This document shows positions 50,902 to 61,004 of a stretch of 64,000 nt of DNA, piece after piece. Made by a program: the position numbers and the translations under genes. Positions within the stretch are counted from its first letter, which is position 1. Each line of letters begins with the position of its first letter. Source of the stretch: an uncultured Candidatus Binatia bacterium (GTDB taxonomy: Bacteria; Desulfobacterota; Binatia; UBA9968; JAJDTQ01); NCBI GenBank assembly GCA_965242525.1, contig OZ251459.1:3584001-3648000 (forward strand), in the 5' to 3' direction. Below the pieces are notes generated by a model. The model worked only from the letters and a program-made list of their open reading frames with translations. It ran no database searches and was not told the DNA's origin.

Positions 50902-52173
50902 ATGATGACCGCCGAAGAGAACAGGCTGTTGACCTCCACGGAGCCGGGCTCGGCCTGCGGCGCGCTGCTGCGGCGTTACTGGCAACCGGTGGCGTTGTCC
51001 GAAGAGTTGGCGCCGGGAGGCGCGCCCCTGCCGGTGCGCGTCCTGGGCGAGGACCTGGTGCTCTTCCGCGACCACCGGGGCAGGCCCGGCCTCCTGGGCA
51101 TCCATTGCCGCCACCGAGGCGCCGACCTGAGCTACGGGCGGGTGGAAGACGGCGGGCTGCGGTGCATCTACCACGGCTGGCTCTACGACGTGGACGGCAA
51201 CTGCCTGGACCAGCCCGGCGAGCCCGAAGGCGGAAGGCACAGGGCGTCCCTGCGCCAGCCCGCCTATCCCTGCCAGGAACGGGTGGGCGTGGTCTTCGCC
51301 TATCTTGGCGGCGGCGAGCCGCCGCTGCTGCGCAACTTCGAGTTCCTCGACGCCGCCCCGGACCACGTCTTCGTCAGCAAGATCCACCACGAGTGCAACT
51401 ACCTCCAGGGCAACGAAGGCAACATCGACCCGGTGCACCTGTCGTTCCTGCACCGAAACCTCCGGGACAGCCCCCGTGACAGGACCCGGGTGGTGCGCGG
51501 CGGCGACTCCTCCCCCAACCGCCTGTTCAGCACGGACGTGGCTCCTTCCATCGACGTGGAGCTTACCGACTTTGGGGTGCGGATCTATACCACCCGGCAA
51601 CTCCGGGACCACCGGCAGTACCTGCGCGTCTCCTATTTCGTCATGCCCAACCTGAGCGCGTTTCCGGGCCAGACCGGCGGCGACGGCTATTCCGTCAACT
51701 GGCACGTCCCCATCGACGACACCCACCACTGGAAGTTCGTGTTCGTCTTCAGCCGCAGCAAGCCCATCGGCCGGGAAGCGGCCCTGAGGGACCGCTCGGA
51801 GATGACCGCGGACTACCGCCTGGTCCGGAGCAAGGCCAACCGCTACCTGCAGGACCGGGACTCCATGCGCAACCAGTCCTTCAGCGGCATCGGGTTCAAC
51901 TTCCAGGCCCAGGACCTGTGCGTGACCGAAGGCGAAGGGCCGATCCAGGACCGCACCCAAGAGCACTTGGCCACCTCCGACAAGGCCATCGTGGCCGCGC
52001 GCAAGCGCATCCTGAGCGGCATCCGGGACGTCCAGGACGGCGGCGAAGCCCCCAGCGTCCGGCGCGACCCCGGCTCCAACCGCTTCCCCGAACTGGCGGT
52101 GCTGTCGGAGGTGGTGCCCGCGTCCGTCTCCGTCAAGGAGCACACGAGGAAGAGGGCCGCGGAAACGGCTTGA
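50902..52173 (+). CDS. Rieske oxygenase (phthalate 4,5-dioxygenase-like)
   Basis: LRRYWQP, CRH...CIYH Rieske ligands, EGNIDPVHLSFLH, QD. Confidence 0.9.
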   Translation: MMTAEENRLLTSTEPGSACGALLRRYWQPVALSEELAPGGAPLPVRVLGEDLVLFRDHRGRPGLLGIHCRHRGADLSYGRVEDGGLRCIYHGWLYDVDGNCLDQPGEPEGGRHRASLRQPAYPCQERVGVVFAYLGGGEPPLLRNFEFLDAAPDHVFVSKIHHECNYLQGNEGNIDPVHLSFLHRNLRDSPRDRTRVVRGGDSSPNRLFSTDVAPSIDVELTDFGVRIYTTRQLRDHRQYLRVSYFVMPNLSAFPGQTGGDGYSVNWHVPIDDTHHWKFVFVFSRSKPIGREAALRDRSEMTADYRLVRSKANRYLQDRDSMRNQSFSGIGFNFQAQDLCVTEGEGPIQDRTQEHLATSDKAIVAARKRILSGIRDVQDGGEAPSVRRDPGSNRFPELAVLSEVVPASVSVKEHTRKRAAETA

Positions 52174-52182
52174 ACGGTCCGC

Positions 52183-52205
52183 GGCTCTTTCGAGTTCCGT
52201 GCGGG
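52183..52205 (+). repeat. Degenerate family A terminal upstream of the R-M cassette
   Basis: GGCTCTTTCGAGTTCCGTGCGGG vs GGCTCTTCAGGAATTCGTGTGGG (16/23 identical). Confidence 0.35.
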
Positions 52206-52251
52206 CCGGGTTTCCCGGCATGTCGGCACGAGGTTTGCTTCTCGTAAGGTT

Positions 52252-53703
52252 ATGAGTTCACCGGCTACACGCAAATCGCTTGGTTCGTTCTATACACCGC
52301 CGGAGGTCGCGGATCGGCTCGTGCGGTGGGTCGTTCGGTCTCCGTCCGACCGTCTGCTGGATCCGGCCTGTGGCGACGGTCGATTTCTGGCGGCTCATTC
52401 CAACGTGGTCGGAGTAGATCGGGACGGTTCCGCGGTGGCCGCGGCAGCCGGACATGTACCGCACGCAACCGTCCACGCCGTCGATTTCTTCGATTGGGCG
52501 GATACTACCGAAGACCGCTTCGATTGCGTCGCCGGGAACCCTCCCTTCATCCGCTATCAGAGATTCAACGGTTACGTGCGCAAGACGGCCTTGAAACTCT
52601 GCGAACGGCTCGGCGCGAGGCTGACGGGACTGGCCTCCTCCTGGGCGCCGTTCGTTATCGTTGCCGCATCCCTGCTCAAGCGCGGCGGACGCTTGGCGTT
52701 CGTCGTTCCCGCGGAGATCGGCCATGCTCCTTACGCCCGGCCGGTGGTCCGATTCCTGCTCGACCATTTCTCCGATGTCCACGTGGTTGCGGTCAGAGAG
52801 AAGGTCTTCCCGGACCTGTCGGAAGCCGTCTGGCTCCTGTACGCAAGCGGCTTCGGCAAACCGTCGGATGGCGTCAACCTGTCTTCATACCGCTCTTTCC
52901 GTGACGTGCCGGGATCACCGCCCCGCGGCGAACGAATCAGCAGAACGGAACTGGAAACGTGGAACCACCGGCTCAGGCCCTTCCTTCTCTCCCGGACGAC
53001 ACGCGACTTGTACTCCCGCGTCGGCCGTATGGCCCGGCTCGGCGATTGCGCACGCGTCGGCATCGGTTATGTGACCGGAGCCAACGACTTCTTTCACATC
53101 AGTCCTTCCAAGGCTCGGCGGCTGAACCTTCCGGGAGAGTTCCTTACGCCTTCGTTGAGGCGATCCGCGTTCTTGCCGCGGAAGGCCGTGACGCACAGCA
53201 CCGTACAGAATTGGCTGGACCGGGACGCGCCGGTGCTGTTGCTCAACATCCCGGCGGAGGCGCGTCTTCCGACGGAAGTCCGCCATTATCTCGACTCTTC
53301 AGCGGGACAGAAAGCAAGGACTGCCTACAAGTGCCGCATGCGTTCGCCCTGGTACACCGTACCGGACGTCCGTGCGCCTGACGCCTTCCTTGGCTACATG
53401 AGCGGCCTGAGCCCTGCCCTCGTGGCAAACCACGCCAACTGTGTCTGCACCAATTCCGTTCACGCGGTCCATCTGACAGGCGGCGTATCGACGCCCGAGT
53501 TGGTGCAGCGGTGGTCGCACCCGCTGGTTGCCCTGAGCTGTGAAATCGAGGGGCATCCGCTCGGCGGAGGCATGCTCAAGCTGGAACCGAGGGAAGCGGC
53601 CCGCGTCGTTCTCCCGGCCCCGGACTTGCGGATGTCGAAGAACGATCGAGAGGCGGTTGAGGAAGGCATCGGCGCGCTTCGGAGGTGGCGGCTCCATGCA
53701 TGA
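52252..53703 (+). CDS. Type II N6-adenine DNA methyltransferase (gamma class)
   Basis: GSFYTP, LLDPACGDGRFL, GNPPF, GGGMLKLEPRE. Confidence 0.88.
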   Translation: MSSPATRKSLGSFYTPPEVADRLVRWVVRSPSDRLLDPACGDGRFLAAHSNVVGVDRDGSAVAAAAGHVPHATVHAVDFFDWADTTEDRFDCVAGNPPFIRYQRFNGYVRKTALKLCERLGARLTGLASSWAPFVIVAASLLKRGGRLAFVVPAEIGHAPYARPVVRFLLDHFSDVHVVAVREKVFPDLSEAVWLLYASGFGKPSDGVNLSSYRSFRDVPGSPPRGERISRTELETWNHRLRPFLLSRTTRDLYSRVGRMARLGDCARVGIGYVTGANDFFHISPSKARRLNLPGEFLTPSLRRSAFLPRKAVTHSTVQNWLDRDAPVLLLNIPAEARLPTEVRHYLDSSAGQKARTAYKCRMRSPWYTVPDVRAPDAFLGYMSGLSPALVANHANCVCTNSVHAVHLTGGVSTPELVQRWSHPLVALSCEIEGHPLGGGMLKLEPREAARVVLPAPDLRMSKNDREAVEEGIGALRRWRLHA

Positions 53704-54544
53704 TCGGCTCGTGGGTCTCCGTGATGCGCTTTGCAACTTCATCGACGCCCGGGAAACGCAAAGTCAATCCCATATCAGGCTGTTGCACTGGCACATCGCC
53801 GAACGGCTTGTGATCGAAGGCGGCTTCCATCCCGACTCTGTTGTGCCGCGTCCTCCGTTGAGAGTAGAAACCATACGGAGTGGAACGAGGCCAAGGCATC
53901 GGCTGGTCCATGACCCGGACGCGGCAGTTGATGGAGAGATGACGATCCTTGGCGGGCTCAAGACCAAGAACGTGGACATCGTTACAGTACAGCCTGGGGT
54001 GGGTCCCTGTATCGCGGTGTCGGTCAAGGGTACGCTCAACGCGTTCCGCAACCTGACCAACCGGATGGAGGAAGCCGCAGGCGACTGCACCAACATCCAC
54101 ATCTCATATCCGAATCTCGTTTACGGATTTTTCCACGTCATCAAGGCCGGACGAGAACCCGATGTTGACAGAAAGAACGACATGGCCATCGACGCCGACG
54201 GTGGTATCGTTGACAGTATCACGCGGTACCACGACGCGATGGCGCGTCTCACCGGCCGCAAGGACGTGCGCAACGACGTCAGCCGTTACGAAGCCGTCAG
54301 CCTGTCGCTGGTCAGCACCGAGGGATCTGCGCGAGGAACCGTCCTCCCGACGTTCCCGGCGAACGACAGTCCCATCCGTTTCGACCAGTTCTTCCGGACG
54401 ATCTTCGACTCTTACGATCTCCGATACGTCTATGCAGCGCCGGCGCTACGGAAAACGACGGAAAGGCTGCTCTGGGCGCCGGACTCGCCTGCCCTCGATG
54501 TGGACGGCGCTTCCGAATTCGGGCCTCGGGTCGGCGAAGGGTAG
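53696..54544 (+). CDS. Putative type II restriction endonuclease (PD-(D/E)XK; PaeR7I/XhoI-like motif pattern)
   Basis: 8-nt overlap with the methylase; KNVD...AVSVK...FRNLTNRMEEAAGD. Confidence 0.65.
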   Translation: MHDRLVGLRDALCNFIDARETQSQSHIRLLHWHIAERLVIEGGFHPDSVVPRPPLRVETIRSGTRPRHRLVHDPDAAVDGEMTILGGLKTKNVDIVTVQPGVGPCIAVSVKGTLNAFRNLTNRMEEAAGDCTNIHISYPNLVYGFFHVIKAGREPDVDRKNDMAIDADGGIVDSITRYHDAMARLTGRKDVRNDVSRYEAVSLSLVSTEGSARGTVLPTFPANDSPIRFDQFFRTIFDSYDLRYVYAAPALRKTTERLLWAPDSPALDVDGASEFGPRVGEG

Positions 54545-54579
54545 CCGCCGCCCCGGGGATCCGAACTCCGCGAGCCTTC

Positions 54580-55839
54580 TCAGGACCGGCCTCCGGCCTT
54601 GCGGGCCGCGGCGGTCAGGAGGGCGTCCAGTTCGTCCAGGCAGGGGCTGTGGGCGCCGGTGTTCATGTAGCGGACGGCGCCGGGCTGGTAGTCCGTCATG
54701 CTGCCGCGGTCTTCCATGGAGAGCCGGATGCATTGGTTGTGTTGGGGGTCGCGGAACGTGTTCATGGGGTCGCCGCCGTTCCGCACCACCTCGATCTGTT
54801 CCTTCAGGAGTTCCCGGAACATGAGGATGCCCCGGTCCGACGACGCCAGCCGTTCCGCGGTGCGGTCCACGCATTCCCCCTGGGACGCCCACACCATCAG
54901 GTCCTGGCCCAGCACGAAATCGGGCATGTCTTCGATGGGGACCTCGAAGGCGGGCACCGGGTCCTGCCGGGGCGCCGCGGCGTCCGGCCCCGGGAAGAAG
55001 ACCTGGTAGCCCAGGTGCCAGGTGTGGGTGTCGTCCACGGGGACGCGCATCTGGAACTCGGCGTATCCGAGTTGCCCGATGCGCACGTAGTTGGGGAACA
55101 CCAGCGGGTGGCCCACCCGCCAACCCTCGGCGTCTTCCGGTTCTCCTTCCAGCAGCCGGTATTTCTGGATGCCCACCGGGACCCGCTCGAAATCGATCTT
55201 CAGGTGGCGGCGGCCCACCCGCCTGAACCGCTGGACCTGCCGCTGGTCCGTGCTCCCGAGCCGTTCCAGCACGTAGGCGCCGAACCGTCCGTGCAGGTGC
55301 TCGGTGTGGATGGTGTCCACCGAGTTCTCCTGGCACTGGAGCCAGTTGCAGGGGAGCATGGTCGTGCCGACCTGCCGGAAGACGCCGTCCAGGACGAAGA
55401 GGTCCCAGCGAGGCAGCAGCGGCTCGGGCCGGGGGCCGAGGTAGCCCCAGATCAACCCTCCCAACTCCTGCACGGGGTAGGACTCGATCCGCACGGTCTC
55501 CTTGAACTGGTGCTCGGGGGCCTCCCCCGGCTGCTCGATACATCGCCCCGCAGTGTCGTACATCCACCCGTGGTAGGGGCAGCGCAAGCCCTCGGGCTCC
55601 GGGATGCCGTGCTTCAGATCCACGCCCCGGTGGGCGCACCGCCGGGCGACCAGGCCGAGACGGCCCCGGCGGTCCCGGAAGAGCGTCAGCGATTCCCCTA
55701 GGAGCCGGACGCCCTTCACCGGGTTTGCGGCAAGCTCCGCGCTGGTGGCCACCGGGTGCCAGTAGCGCCGCAGCAACTCCCCCGCAGGGGTCCCCGGCCC
55801 CACCCGCGTGAGCCTCTCGTTCTCTTCGGCGCTCAGCAT
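54580..55839 (-). CDS. Rieske oxygenase (phthalate/carboxyvanillate oxygenase-like)
   Basis: LRRYWHP, CAH...CPYH, ENSVDTIHTEHLH, QD. Confidence 0.9.
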   Translation of the reverse strand: MLSAEENERLTRVGPGTPAGELLRRYWHPVATSAELAANPVKGVRLLGESLTLFRDRRGRLGLVARRCAHRGVDLKHGIPEPEGLRCPYHGWMYDTAGRCIEQPGEAPEHQFKETVRIESYPVQELGGLIWGYLGPRPEPLLPRWDLFVLDGVFRQVGTTMLPCNWLQCQENSVDTIHTEHLHGRFGAYVLERLGSTDQRQVQRFRRVGRRHLKIDFERVPVGIQKYRLLEGEPEDAEGWRVGHPLVFPNYVRIGQLGYAEFQMRVPVDDTHTWHLGYQVFFPGPDAAAPRQDPVPAFEVPIEDMPDFVLGQDLMVWASQGECVDRTAERLASSDRGILMFRELLKEQIEVVRNGGDPMNTFRDPQHNQCIRLSMEDRGSMTDYQPGAVRYMNTGAHSPCLDELDALLTAAARKAGGRS

Positions 55840-55963
55840 GACTGCGTGACCTTCCGCCGGGCGCCGCGCCCGACGGGTTGCTTCCTCCCGTCCATGATCA
55901 CGATTCCAGCATACCGGGACGGTTCCGTTGGCGTCGGCGCACGATCCGGCGACGAGGACATCA

Positions 55964-56053
55964 GGGAACGTCCGATCTATTCCGGCCGGAGTTTCCTCTC
56001 CCTGTGGGAAAGCGCGTCCTTCGACTTCGCTTCGCTACGCTCAGGACGAACGG
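55964..56053 (+). repeat. Family B partial element
   Basis: GGAACGTCCGATCTATTCC..GCGTCCTTCGACTTCGCTTCGCTACGCTCAGGACGAACGG. Confidence 0.7.
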
Positions 56054-56066
56054 AGTTCGTCGTTCA

Positions 56067-56515
56067 AGCTCTTTCGGCTTTTGTGTGGGCAAGGTGGGAG
56101 GGAAAGGGGATCGACAGGGGTCACGCCGTCATTGCTCCGCAGACGCCTGCCCCGTCATTCCCGCAGACGCCCCACCCCCCGTCATTCCCGCGAAAGCGGG
56201 AATCCATCCAGTTTCACCGCTCTCGTTGTACAACCCTTTCCAGCTCGGATCACCTTTCTCGATCCACTCGGTCTTCCTTGCCCGATTCCTGTTTCCTGAC
56301 CGCCCCTTCTCTCTGGATAGCGCTTTCCATGTATTCAGAACCTCGTTCCAACCAACCTGTGCACAGTGATGCAGGGCGCCATGAGGTTGGGTCGGAAGGA
56401 TGGAAACGCCGGGAGTTTTCATAAGAACGGATGGATTCCCGCTTTCGCGGGAATGACGGGGGCGGGCGTCTGCGGGAATGACGGGGTGGGGCGTCCGCGA
56501 CGCCAAACCGAGGAC
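56067..56515 (-). mobile_element. Family A element with frameshifted GIY-YIG fragment
   Basis: AGCTCTTTCGGCTTTTGTGTGGG end; inverted REPs; RARKTEWIEKGDPSWKGLY; shared tail GCGACGCCAAACCGAGGAC. Confidence 0.8.
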
Positions 56516-56548
56516 AGCTTTCTGTATCTCGGTGTTGCTGAGGATCAC
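56516..56548 (-). pseudogene. 5' stub MILSNTEIQKA (dCTP deaminase-like start) cut by a family A element
   Basis: GTG at 56548; sequence resembles the Dcd N-terminus; joins the element tail directly. Confidence 0.35.
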
Positions 56549-56591
56549 GGCAGCAGTATAGGCGTTTGGAAGAGCAAGCTCCAAGAACCCG

Positions 56592-56852
56592 TCACAGTTC
56601 GACGATGTTTGCCGCAGGCACGCTCACGAACCTTGACGACACCTCCAGGGGGTAGCCGGGCAAGCGGACCAGAAAAATATCCTGAGTTCTATCGATGATA
56701 TTGACCAACAGCAGGTTTCTGTCTTTCGAAAGGAAATCGTCCGAAGTGAACAAGGAAATCCTCTTTCCATCCGAGGTCATGGTTTCCACTGCGTACTCGG
56801 CCGGAAACATACCAGCCTCAAAAGTACACTTGAGCCCGACTGCGCCTTTCAT
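56592..56852 (-). CDS. Small hypothetical protein (86 aa, lower GC)
   Basis: AGGAGG RBS; MKGAVGLKCTFEAGMFPAEYAV... Confidence 0.65.
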   Translation of the reverse strand: MKGAVGLKCTFEAGMFPAEYAVETMTSDGKRISLFTSDDFLSKDRNLLLVNIIDRTQDIFLVRLPGYPLEVSSRFVSVPAANIVEL

Positions 56853-57021
56853 GTTTCCTCCTGCGTTTGAAGCCACCCGCAAGACGGCGGGGCCGACGAA
56901 ACCTGGACTGTAGTACATTCACTTGCCCCGGAAAGTCAAGAACCGGGCCGATCCCGAGAACCGGCACCCGGTCCTGGCGGTGTCACGCTTCCGACGGACG
57001 GCCAGGGCCGCCCATTAGCGG

Positions 57022-57050
57022 TTGACAAGCGGAAACGGCCCCACTACTAC
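57022..57050 (+). promoter_or_regulatory. Sigma70-like promoter of the cupin-ubiD operon
   Basis: TTGACA-17 nt-TACTAC. Confidence 0.5.
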
Positions 57051-57104
57051 AACGTCTTGGCGTCCCTTCCTCGGGACGAGAGGCAGCCGGAACGTCAGGA
57101 GGCC

Positions 57105-58145
57105 ATGAGACCCCACCGGGAAAAGATCGACCTGGGACCTACTCCCTATGACCGGTTCGTGGAGGGGGAGGGGATCCCCGTGGTCACGGGATACCACGTC
57201 CCCGACGTCATGGACCTGGAGGTGGCGCCCTGGGCGCGCATGGGGGCGCGCGGGTGTTACCTGAACCTGGCCGAACAGCAGGACACGGACGGCTACGTGC
57301 TGGAGATCGCGCCGGGCCGGGAGGCCCTGCCGCAGCGGCACCTGTTCGAGGCCATCGTCTATGTGGCCCAGGGCCACGGGGCCACGTCCGTGTGGCAGGA
57401 AGGGACGCCGAGGAAGACCTTCGAGTGGAGCGCCGGGGCCGCCTTCGCCATCCCCCTGAACGCCTCCTACCAGCACTTCAACGCATCCGGCGCCGAACCC
57501 GTGCGCCTGATGGCTTCCACCACGTGCCCGCGCCTGCTCAACCTGTTCCACAACGAGGACTTCCTCTTCCGCAACCCGTTCGTGTTCCGGGACCGGCTCC
57601 GGGACGAGGACGACTACTTCCGGGCCAACAAGCGGCTCGCCACCCGCTGCTGGGAGACCAACCTGATCCCCGACGTGAACGAGTTCGCACTGGACGACTT
57701 CCCCATGAAGGGCAAAGGCGTGCGCATCATGCGCTTCACGCTGGCGGACACCACCTACGGCTGCCACATCCAGGAGTTCCCGGTGGGGAGCCGCAGCCAC
57801 TTCCACCGGCACGGACCCGGCGCGGTCCTGATCGTCACCGAGGGCCAAGGCTACGTGGTGCTGTGGCGCGAAGGCGACGCGGAACAGGGGGTTTACGAGA
57901 TCGGCCCGGGGACCATCTATTCGCCGGGGGACCTCATGTACCACGGGCACTTCAACACCGGCCACACCGCCATGCGCCACTTCGCCATACGCGGGCGCAG
58001 CCCCAAGTACACCAGCGACCGCTTCCCGAACCCCCTGTGGAACATGCTGATGATCGACGAGGAGCCCGCGGGGATCCACGACCGCTACCTGCGGGACCTC
58101 GAACGCAACAGGGTCCGGGCGGAGGTGTCGGTGGTGCGCGAGTGA
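57105..58145 (+). CDS. Bicupin protein (gentisate dioxygenase/EutQ-like fold)
   Basis: QRHLFE...G.G, FEW, IPLN..YQHFN, HRHGPGA, HGHFN; AGGAGG RBS. Confidence 0.8.
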   Translation: MRPHREKIDLGPTPYDRFVEGEGIPVVTGYHVPDVMDLEVAPWARMGARGCYLNLAEQQDTDGYVLEIAPGREALPQRHLFEAIVYVAQGHGATSVWQEGTPRKTFEWSAGAAFAIPLNASYQHFNASGAEPVRLMASTTCPRLLNLFHNEDFLFRNPFVFRDRLRDEDDYFRANKRLATRCWETNLIPDVNEFALDDFPMKGKGVRIMRFTLADTTYGCHIQEFPVGSRSHFHRHGPGAVLIVTEGQGYVVLWREGDAEQGVYEIGPGTIYSPGDLMYHGHFNTGHTAMRHFAIRGRSPKYTSDRFPNPLWNMLMIDEEPAGIHDRYLRDLERNRVRAEVSVVRE

Positions 58146-58184
58146 AGCCGCGGGGGCGCGGCGCCCCCGGGAAAGGACACTCCA

Positions 58185-59642
58185 TTGGAAAACCCGGCGT
58201 ATGACGACCTGCGCGGCTTCATCGAGGAGGCCAAGAAGGTCAGCGAATGGCGCGAGGTGAAGGGCGCGGACTGGGACCGGGAGATCGGCGCCATCGTCGA
58301 GGCCGCGGCGGAGCTCATCCCCCAGGCCCCCATGCTCATCTTCGACCACATCAAGGGTTATCCCGCGGGTTACCGGCTCCTGAGCCTGCCCTATGCGTCG
58401 TACAAGCGCGTGGCCGTGGCCCTGGGGCTGCCCACGGACCTGCCGAAGCTGGAACTGTTGCGGCTCGCCGCCCGCAAGGTGAAGGCGGCCAAACCGCTGG
58501 CCCCCAGGGAAGTGGATTCGTCGCCGGTGATGGAGAACGTGTCCACGGGCGACGAAGTGGATCTGTTCCGCTTCCCCGCGCCGCGTTTCCACGAGCACGA
58601 CGGCGGCCGCTACCTGGGCACCGCGGACAGCCTGGTGAACGCGGACCCCGACAGCGGCTACGTCAACTCCGGGACCTACCGCATGCAGCTCCACGACCGT
58701 AACCTCCTGGGGCTGTGGATGAGCCCGGGGCAGCAGGGACGCCTGATCTGCATGCGCTACTGGGAGCAGGGCAAGAGTTGCCCCGCGGTGGCCACGTTCG
58801 GCCAGAACCCCCTGGTGTTCATGACCTCCTACTCCAAACTGCCCTGGGGGCGGTCCGAGCACGAGATGGTGGGGGGACTCATGGGCCGGCCCATGGAGTT
58901 CGTCCGCGGTCCGGTGACGGGGCTGCCCATCCCCGCCAGCGCCGAGATCGCCATCGAGGGCGAGATCCCGCCGCCCGCGGAGGAAGCCCGCGAGGAAGGC
59001 CCCTTCGGCGAGTGGCCGGGCTACTACTCCGGCGGCACCATCGGCACCGGCGCGCCCCAGCCGGTGATCCGGGTGAAGGCCCTGTACCACCGCAACGACC
59101 CCATCCTGGAGGACGCCGCGCCCATGTGGCCGGGGGCCGTCAAGATGGACCTGCACCTGTCCTCGGGGGTGCTCTGGGACCAGCTCGAGGCCGCGGGCAT
59201 CCAGGACATCACCGGCGTGTACAGCCACACTTCCTTCATGGTGGTCATCGCCATCCGGCAGCGGTACGCCGGGCACGCCAAGCAGGCCGGCATGGCCGCG
59301 CTGAGCTGCTCCGCGGCGGCGCGCAACGGCCGCTACGTGGTGGTGGTGGACGACGACATCGACCCCAGCAACCTGAAGGAAGTCATCTGGGCCATGATGA
59401 CGCGAGTCGATCCCAAGACCAACATCGACCTGGTGGACCACTGCTGGAGCACCCCGCTGGACCCGCGCATGCCCCCGGACCGGCGCGAGTCCGGCGACCA
59501 CACCAACAGCCGGGCGCTGGTCTGCGCGGTGCGGCCCTTCGAGTGGCGCGACCGGTTCCCGCGGGTGAGCCGGTCGAGCCGGGAGCTGCGGGAGCAGGTC
59601 ATGCGGAAGTTCCGGGACGTCATCCCGTTCCCGGGGGCCTGA
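58185..59642 (+). CDS. UbiD-family (prFMN-dependent) decarboxylase
   Basis: GTYRMQ, EGPFGEWPGYY, VVVDDDIDP, WAMMTRVDP. Confidence 0.9.
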   Translation: MENPAYDDLRGFIEEAKKVSEWREVKGADWDREIGAIVEAAAELIPQAPMLIFDHIKGYPAGYRLLSLPYASYKRVAVALGLPTDLPKLELLRLAARKVKAAKPLAPREVDSSPVMENVSTGDEVDLFRFPAPRFHEHDGGRYLGTADSLVNADPDSGYVNSGTYRMQLHDRNLLGLWMSPGQQGRLICMRYWEQGKSCPAVATFGQNPLVFMTSYSKLPWGRSEHEMVGGLMGRPMEFVRGPVTGLPIPASAEIAIEGEIPPPAEEAREEGPFGEWPGYYSGGTIGTGAPQPVIRVKALYHRNDPILEDAAPMWPGAVKMDLHLSSGVLWDQLEAAGIQDITGVYSHTSFMVVIAIRQRYAGHAKQAGMAALSCSAAARNGRYVVVVDDDIDPSNLKEVIWAMMTRVDPKTNIDLVDHCWSTPLDPRMPPDRRESGDHTNSRALVCAVRPFEWRDRFPRVSRSSRELREQVMRKFRDVIPFPGA

Positions 59643-59650
59643 GGAGCGGC

Positions 59651-60835
59651 ATGCCGCGGGTCTTGCGCATGGGCATGGCGGGGCTGGGAGTGGCGAGCAC
59701 CCAGATCCTTCCGGTGCTGCGGCAGGTGGAGCACATCGAGATCGCCGCGGCCGCAGACGTGCGCAAGGACGCCCTGGCCAAGTTCGCCCGGGAGTACGGC
59801 GCCGCGACCTTCGACGACGTGGACGCCCTGTGCGCCAGCCCCGACGTGGACTTCGTGTATGTGGCCACGCCCAACGAGCTCCACGCCGAACACGTCATCG
59901 CCGCGGCCCGCCACCGAAAGCACGCCATCGTGGAGAAGCCCATGGCCCTGTCCCTCGATCAGTGCGAGGCCATGAACCGGGCCGCGGAAGAGAACGGCAC
60001 AGTCCTCCTCTGCGGGCACACCCACAGCTTCGACCCCCCCATCCGCAAGATCCGGGAGATCGTCGAGAGCGGCGAGCTGGGCAGGCTCCGCATGCTCCAC
60101 TCGTGGAACTTCAACGAGTTCATTTACCGTCCGCGCATGAGGCACGAGCTGGCCACCAGCCACGGCGTGGTGCTCAACCAGGGGCCGCACCACGTGGACA
60201 TCGTCCGGCTCATCGGCGGCGGCATGCTGCGGAGCGTGCGCGCCGCCACCGGGGTGTGGGACCCCGAGCGGCCCCACGAAGGCAGCTACGTGTGCTACCT
60301 GGAGTTCGAGGACGGGGTCCCGGCGACCCTGGTCTATAACGGCTACGGGTTCTTCGACACCGCGGAGCTCTTCGACTGGGTGGGCGAAGGCGGGCAGCCG
60401 CGGGACCCCGGGCACAACCTGAAGGCCCGGCGGCGGCTCGGGAGCATCGGCAGCGCTTCCGAGGAGGAGCAGCTCAAGGAAGGGATGCGCTACGGGAGCA
60501 GCCGCGCGGGGGAGTTCAGCCACGTGTGGGACGGCCCCCGGCGCCAGCCCTTCTTCGGCTTCACCCTGGTGTCCTGCGAGCGGGGCGACATCCGCCAGTC
60601 CCCCGACGGCCTCGTGGTTTACGGCGAGGACGGACGCCGGGAGATCGACCTGTCGGTGGGGCGCCGGGGGCGCGAGGCCGAGGTGGAGGAGCTCTACGAG
60701 GCGGTGGTCCACCGGCGGCCGGTGTTCCACGACGGGCGCTGGGGGGAAGCCACGCTGGAGGTGTGCCTCGCCATGCTCCAGTCTTCCGCGGAGAAGCGCG
60801 AGGTGTTGCTGCGCCGGCAGGTGCGCTGCGATTGA
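59651..60835 (+). CDS. Gfo/Idh/MocA oxidoreductase (phthalate cis-dihydrodiol dehydrogenase-like)
   Basis: GMAGLG, ATPNELH, VEKPMA, GHTHSFD, YRPR, NQGPHHVD, ATLEVCLA. Confidence 0.88.
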   Translation: MPRVLRMGMAGLGVASTQILPVLRQVEHIEIAAAADVRKDALAKFAREYGAATFDDVDALCASPDVDFVYVATPNELHAEHVIAAARHRKHAIVEKPMALSLDQCEAMNRAAEENGTVLLCGHTHSFDPPIRKIREIVESGELGRLRMLHSWNFNEFIYRPRMRHELATSHGVVLNQGPHHVDIVRLIGGGMLRSVRAATGVWDPERPHEGSYVCYLEFEDGVPATLVYNGYGFFDTAELFDWVGEGGQPRDPGHNLKARRRLGSIGSASEEEQLKEGMRYGSSRAGEFSHVWDGPRRQPFFGFTLVSCERGDIRQSPDGLVVYGEDGRREIDLSVGRRGREAEVEELYEAVVHRRPVFHDGRWGEATLEVCLAMLQSSAEKREVLLRRQVRCD

Positions 60836-60863
60836 AGGCCGGAGTTCGCATCGAGGGAAAGGG

Positions 60864-60965
60864 CGTCCTTCGACTTCGCTTCGCTACGCTCAGGACGAAC
60901 GGAGTAATTGTTCAGGCTCGGGACGAACGGGGGTAATTTTTCAGAGTTTCTTGTTCAGGGTTTCC
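60864..60965 (+). repeat. Family B palindrome with degenerate stacked right ends
   Basis: CGTCCTTCGACTTCGCTTCGCTACGCTCAGGACGAACGG...TTGTTCAGGGTTTCC. Confidence 0.75.
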
Positions 60966-61004
60966 GAAACCCGGAACAGGGGGAACGAACCGAAGGAGGA
61001 TGCA

